Source of the DNA: a candidate division FCPU426 bacterium
Lineage (GTDB): Bacteria; Oederibacteriota; JAAXVQ01; JAUVAV01
Direction: 5' to 3'
NCBI GenBank assembly: GCA_030637655.1
Contig: DAOWGI010000002.1
Coordinates: forward strand, 32,001-96,000
Length of the DNA stretch: 64,000 bases
Part shown: positions 60,054-64,000 of the stretch, piece by piece
How positions within the stretch are numbered: position 1 is the first letter of the stretch
Layout: each line of letters opens with the position of its first letter
Made by a program: the position numbers and the translations under genes
The notes under the pieces: generated by a model
Seen by the model: only the letters and a program-made list of their open reading frames with translations
Databases searched by the model: none
What the model was told of the DNA's origin: nothing

Positions 60054-61334
60054 TTATATACTTACCCGGTTGCGCCCTTTATTTTTGGCTTTATATAGGG
60101 CTTGATCGGATTTTTCCAGCAGCGTATCCGTGGAGACGATGTTTTTGGAAGGATAGGCGGCAACCCCCATACTGACTGTGAGATCCTTGCCGGGCTGTTT
60201 TTCTTCCATGGGGAAAATATGGTTTTTTATGCGTAAACGAAGACTTTCCGCCAATTTAACCGCTTCTTCCCGTGTGGTTTCAGGGAGCATAATTATGAAT
60301 TCCTCACCGCCAAAGCGCGCCACCATATCCGTTTCGCGGATGGATTCCTTGAGAATGTTGGAGAGTTCTTTTAATAATAAATCTCCCATAGGATGACCAT
60401 TCGTATCGTTATAATGCTTGAAGTGGTCAATGTCAATCATTACCAAGGATAGGTGGCGATGGTAGCGTTCCGCACGTTTCATTTCTTCGTTAATCGCATG
60501 CTTGAAATGGCGGAAATTGAATAGCTGGGTTTTCTCATCCATAATGGTCAGGGCAGTGAGTTTTTGGCGATCATGTTTGATATTTTTGGCCATTTCATTG
60601 AAGGCGCCGGACAATTCGCCGATTTCATCCTGGGAAACTACTGGTACTTGGGCAGCGAAATTTCCTCCGGAAAATTTACGCACTCCGTCCATCAGACGCT
60701 TGATGGGCATAATAATATTTTGGTTTAAGATGAAAACCAGCAAAGCTGAGGTAAAGGTGACCAGTAGGATAACACCCACGCTCAAACGTTGATTAAAACG
60801 TTTGAGGTTTTTGGCCTGTTCCAAACGTTCTTCCAAACGCCCGACATTCAGCACAATAAGCTGGTCCAAATTTTTAACAATGTCTTCTACCACGCTTTCC
60901 TGAGACCGTAGGTGTTGTTGTAGTTCAATATCAATCAGGCCTTGTTCAAAGCGTTTGATCTGATTTTTGATTTGCCGGGTATAAGTTCGATGCAGTTTTT
61001 GAATGGCAAGAATTAATTTTTTTTCCAGTTCGCGAACTAAATTTCGCTTGATTTCTATAAAAACACCTTTAAATTCACGCTGCGCCCGGTAAATGGTATT
61101 TCTCCAGGAGGGATTACGGGTCAGTTGGTATTTAGAAAGAGCCCAATCCGTATGCAGTAAATGCTGGAGCATTTTTTGGGCATTGAGTATATTTTTCATA
61201 TCCTCATTAATAATCATATTGGTAAGTTTTGTAATGCGGGTACTGTTGCTGTAAATCATAAAAATTGCGCTGCCGGAAACGAGAATAACCAAAAGGAAGG
61301 CCAAAAGAATTTTTTGGCGAATATTCAGACCCAT
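60054..61334 (-). CDS. Membrane diguanylate cyclase (2 TM, four-helix sensor, HAMP, GGDEF)
   Basis: DIDHFK.YND..GH..GD, RETD I-site, RFGGEEF, ALYKAK..GRN. Confidence 0.94.
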   Translation of the reverse strand: MGLNIRQKILLAFLLVILVSGSAIFMIYSNSTRITKLTNMIINEDMKNILNAQKMLQHLLHTDWALSKYQLTRNPSWRNTIYRAQREFKGVFIEIKRNLVRELEKKLILAIQKLHRTYTRQIKNQIKRFEQGLIDIELQQHLRSQESVVEDIVKNLDQLIVLNVGRLEERLEQAKNLKRFNQRLSVGVILLVTFTSALLVFILNQNIIMPIKRLMDGVRKFSGGNFAAQVPVVSQDEIGELSGAFNEMAKNIKHDRQKLTALTIMDEKTQLFNFRHFKHAINEEMKRAERYHRHLSLVMIDIDHFKHYNDTNGHPMGDLLLKELSNILKESIRETDMVARFGGEEFIIMLPETTREEAVKLAESLRLRIKNHIFPMEEKQPGKDLTVSMGVAAYPSKNIVSTDTLLEKSDQALYKAKNKGRNRVSI

Positions 61335-61679
61335 ACAAAATCCTCCGTAAAAAGATATTTTTCATTGTAAAAGAGCAGAGTCACAAGAGCAAGTGTTTTT
61401 ACGAAGCAAAAACGCAGTGCAGGTGAACAATGGGCAGTGCAAAATAGGCCAGGGCATCCTTGGCCTAAAATACTACGGTTTTCGCCCTGAAAAGTCCACA
61501 ATTGCATAATATTATGTTGCTTCTGTAAAAAAAAGGGCGGCAAAATTCCCATCAGTGCACAAAAAAATAAACGATTTCAAGTTTATTTCAAGTTATATTA
61601 GCCGATACTTAAACTATTAAAAGAAATAACGAGATATTGAAAACCTGATTTATTGAGTGAAGTAATATGAAAGGTTAGA

Positions 61680-62822
61680 ATGCGTAAAATTTTGGTTGTG
61701 GATGATGAATGCTTGCTTTTATCTATTGTGAGTCGCATGCTTTCCAAAGATGGCTATGAGGTGGACCAAGCGACTAATATGGCAGAAGCCAGGAATAAAA
61801 TATCCGTCAATAATTATATCGTAATAATAACGGATATGAATATGCCGGATACTCAAGGCAGTCAGATTGTTAAAACCCTTAAACAGATCAAATCAAATAT
61901 AGAGATTATTGTAATAACCGAATACGGGACACTGGACAAAGCAGTGGATTGCCTGCGGGCCGGCGCCGTTGATTTTATTGTTAAACCAATCAAACGAAAA
62001 CAGCTTCAAGATGCGGTAGTCAAGACTATTCAAAAGAAAGAAATATCCCATGAAAATATATTGCTGCGCGGTTTGAATGAGATGAAGGATAAATTTTTAA
62101 CCCTGGTTTCGCATGAACTACGTACACCGCTGACGCTTATTTTTGGATATTTAACGATTCTCCAGCGGCAGAGTTTTAATTTTTCCGAAGAACAAATGAG
62201 TCTGCTCAATATAATTATGAAGTCCAGTAAAAAACTCATTGATTTGGTGAACAACATACAAACCATAACGCAAGCGGGTTCCGGAGAAATTAACCTGCAT
62301 CTACAGTCCATTCACCCGAATAAATTGATCTCGGATGTTTTGTCGGAAATTAAAACTTCGCTTCTTGACCGGAAACTAAACATTCATCTGGATAAAGAAG
62401 TGGAGCTTGAATTATTTGACGGCGATCGGATACGTTTGTATCAATGTATCTCTGAATTGGTGCAAAATGCGGTTCGCAATACCAAGGACGGGGGAGAGAT
62501 CATCCTGGGTGCGCGAAAAGAAGGAGAGTATATCGTTTTTTATGTAAAGGACAATGGTATTGGCATTCCGGAAGAAGAACAGGGGAAAATATTTGAACCG
62601 TTTTATGAGATTGCGGATGTTGAGTTGCATACCACCAGCCGTTCTAGATTTGGCGGAGGCGGAATGGGTATCGGCCTGCCGCTGGTCAAACGGGTGGCGG
62701 AAGCGCATAGCGGCACGATATGTTTTGATTCGAAATCCGGGGAAGGTACCTGTGTCGAGATTTTGTTGCCTGTTGGCCGGAAATCGGTTGCAAACGGATT
62801 TGAAGATAAACTGGGAGATTAA
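61680..62822 (+). CDS. Hybrid receiver-histidine kinase
   Basis: REC domain (ILVVDDE, TDMNMP, FIVKP), H-box SHELRTPL, ELVQNA, DNGIGI, GMGIGL. Confidence 0.93.
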   Translation: MRKILVVDDECLLLSIVSRMLSKDGYEVDQATNMAEARNKISVNNYIVIITDMNMPDTQGSQIVKTLKQIKSNIEIIVITEYGTLDKAVDCLRAGAVDFIVKPIKRKQLQDAVVKTIQKKEISHENILLRGLNEMKDKFLTLVSHELRTPLTLIFGYLTILQRQSFNFSEEQMSLLNIIMKSSKKLIDLVNNIQTITQAGSGEINLHLQSIHPNKLISDVLSEIKTSLLDRKLNIHLDKEVELELFDGDRIRLYQCISELVQNAVRNTKDGGEIILGARKEGEYIVFYVKDNGIGIPEEEQGKIFEPFYEIADVELHTTSRSRFGGGGMGIGLPLVKRVAEAHSGTICFDSKSGEGTCVEILLPVGRKSVANGFEDKLGD

Positions 62823-62826
62823 ATCG

Positions 62827-62858
62827 TTGTAGAGACGCGATTAATCGCGTCTCTACAA
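62827..62858. repeat. GTAG-type REP palindrome
   Basis: Perfect 32-bp palindrome TTGTAGAGACGCGATTAATCGCGTCTCTACAA. Confidence 0.9.
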
Positions 62859-62952
62859 TACATAAGGTGAATTTCGGTAAACCATATCTATTTGTTTTTC
62901 GATTTCAGCCATGCTACAATCCTCGCAAATTGTATGTTTTGGAAAGGAAATT

Positions 62953-63627
62953 ATGGATGAAACCAGGCTGGAAAAAATTACTCTGAATACAATCGCTGCT
63001 GTTATTTTTGATATGGATGGCGTGATTATTAATGGCATGCCGTATCATGCGCAGGCCTGGAAAGAGACTTTTCAGGCTGTGGGATTGCACATTACATTGG
63101 AAGAGGTATATGAGCGGGAAGGTGAAGCCGGTACGGCGGCAGTGGCGCATTTTTTAAAAGAACGCGACGTTAATGCTTCGTTATCAGAAGTGGAAGCGCT
63201 TATTTGTAAAAAAGAGACCCGGTACAAAGAGATCGTGCAAGTAGAAGTGTTTGAGGGTGCGTCGGAATTACTGGTAGAACTCCAGACACGAGGGAAACGT
63301 TTGGCTTTGGTTACCGGGACCGCCCGACATGAGCTTGAAATCAGCTTGCCTCAAGAGATTAAAGCCAAGTTTGAGATTATTATTACCGGAGATGCGGTAG
63401 AAAAAGGGAAACCGGATCCGGAACCGTATCAACGCGCTTTGAGTGCCTTGCGGTTGACGCCGGAACAAGCCATAGTGATTGAGAACGCGCCTTTGGGTAT
63501 ACAATCTGCCAGGGCTGCCGGGCTTCGCTGTTTGGCAGTGGAAACCTCTTTGGCCTGCGAGCGCTTATCCGGCGCTGAGCTGTGTTTTCCTAATATTTCT
63601 GTTTTATCTGAGTATTTATTGTCCTAG
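62953..63627 (+). CDS. HAD-family phosphatase (beta-PGM/CbbY-like)
   Basis: FDMDGV, LVTG, GKPDPEPY, IENAPLG..SARAAG. Confidence 0.9.
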   Translation: MDETRLEKITLNTIAAVIFDMDGVIINGMPYHAQAWKETFQAVGLHITLEEVYEREGEAGTAAVAHFLKERDVNASLSEVEALICKKETRYKEIVQVEVFEGASELLVELQTRGKRLALVTGTARHELEISLPQEIKAKFEIIITGDAVEKGKPDPEPYQRALSALRLTPEQAIVIENAPLGIQSARAAGLRCLAVETSLACERLSGAELCFPNISVLSEYLLS

Positions 63628-64000
63628 CATTTACGCATTCTAAGTGTTTGTAATGAAGCTACCTCTATAACCCGCTTGTTGATCATAACCAGATCAAGGA
63701 TGTTCTCTAAAATCTCTTTTTATAGGTAATCGATACTATATATTTTTGCTGTGCTTCCTTGGTAAAAAAAAGTACAAGCTATAAAGTTTGCATATTTATA
63801 GCTCTATTCTGAAGAAAAATTAATTTGCAAAAAATCAAAAGTGTTTCAAATTAAAACACAAATAATAATAAATAATAAAAACAAGAATAAAATATTAACC
63901 GAATATTTGCGCTATCTGATTATTATGCTATAATATATGTATATATTTAATTTATATTTTTAATACGGGGATCAGATGCGAATGCGGTTACCAATATCCA

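Noticed and set aside
61380-61560. Possible c-di-GMP riboswitch upstream of the GGDEF gene
   Set aside because: Only a short TAGGCCA..TGGCCTA stem is visible; the class I/II consensus features are absent.
63628-64000. AT-rich terminal region as an origin or ncRNA
   Set aside because: No DnaA-box cluster or stable structure is seen; it is probably the promoter region of a gene starting near 63977.

Overview
Bacterial genomic DNA, probably from a diderm anaerobe (outer-membrane beta-barrel, lipoprotein transglycosylase, HydG); the taxon cannot be fixed from this window. Bases 1-15457 hold a tightly spaced four-gene operon of large proteins with no known function: a DUF6603-like beta-rich protein truncated by the window edge, then 1086, 2331 and 633 aa proteins. 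This is the main candidate for an undescribed system. The second standout is a 2574-aa mosaic membrane protein (30163-37887). It has an EreA/TraB/ChaN-like N-terminal motif set, an embedded DnaJ J-domain, two CPBP/Abi-like E..FxxxH..HxxxN membrane modules, a RAPP motif and an in-frame REP insertion. The rest is housekeeping and signalling genes (cobO, macro domain, ClC-CBS, SBP+MCP, GT4, folE2, MltD-like, nadE, dusB, ATP-grasp plus Zn peptidase, hydG, patatin, GGDEF, hybrid kinase, HAD) and several apparent pseudo-enzymes. Intergenic DNA is rich in small non-autonomous elements: a ~263-bp MITE with 14-16-bp direct repeats (2 copies), GTAA-ended IS66-like MITEs (8-bp target duplications at two of three intact copies), many GTAG-type REP palindromes and nested micro-insertions. 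I saw no rRNA, tRNA, CRISPR array or transposase gene. All family assignments come from motif recognition by eye; no searches were run.
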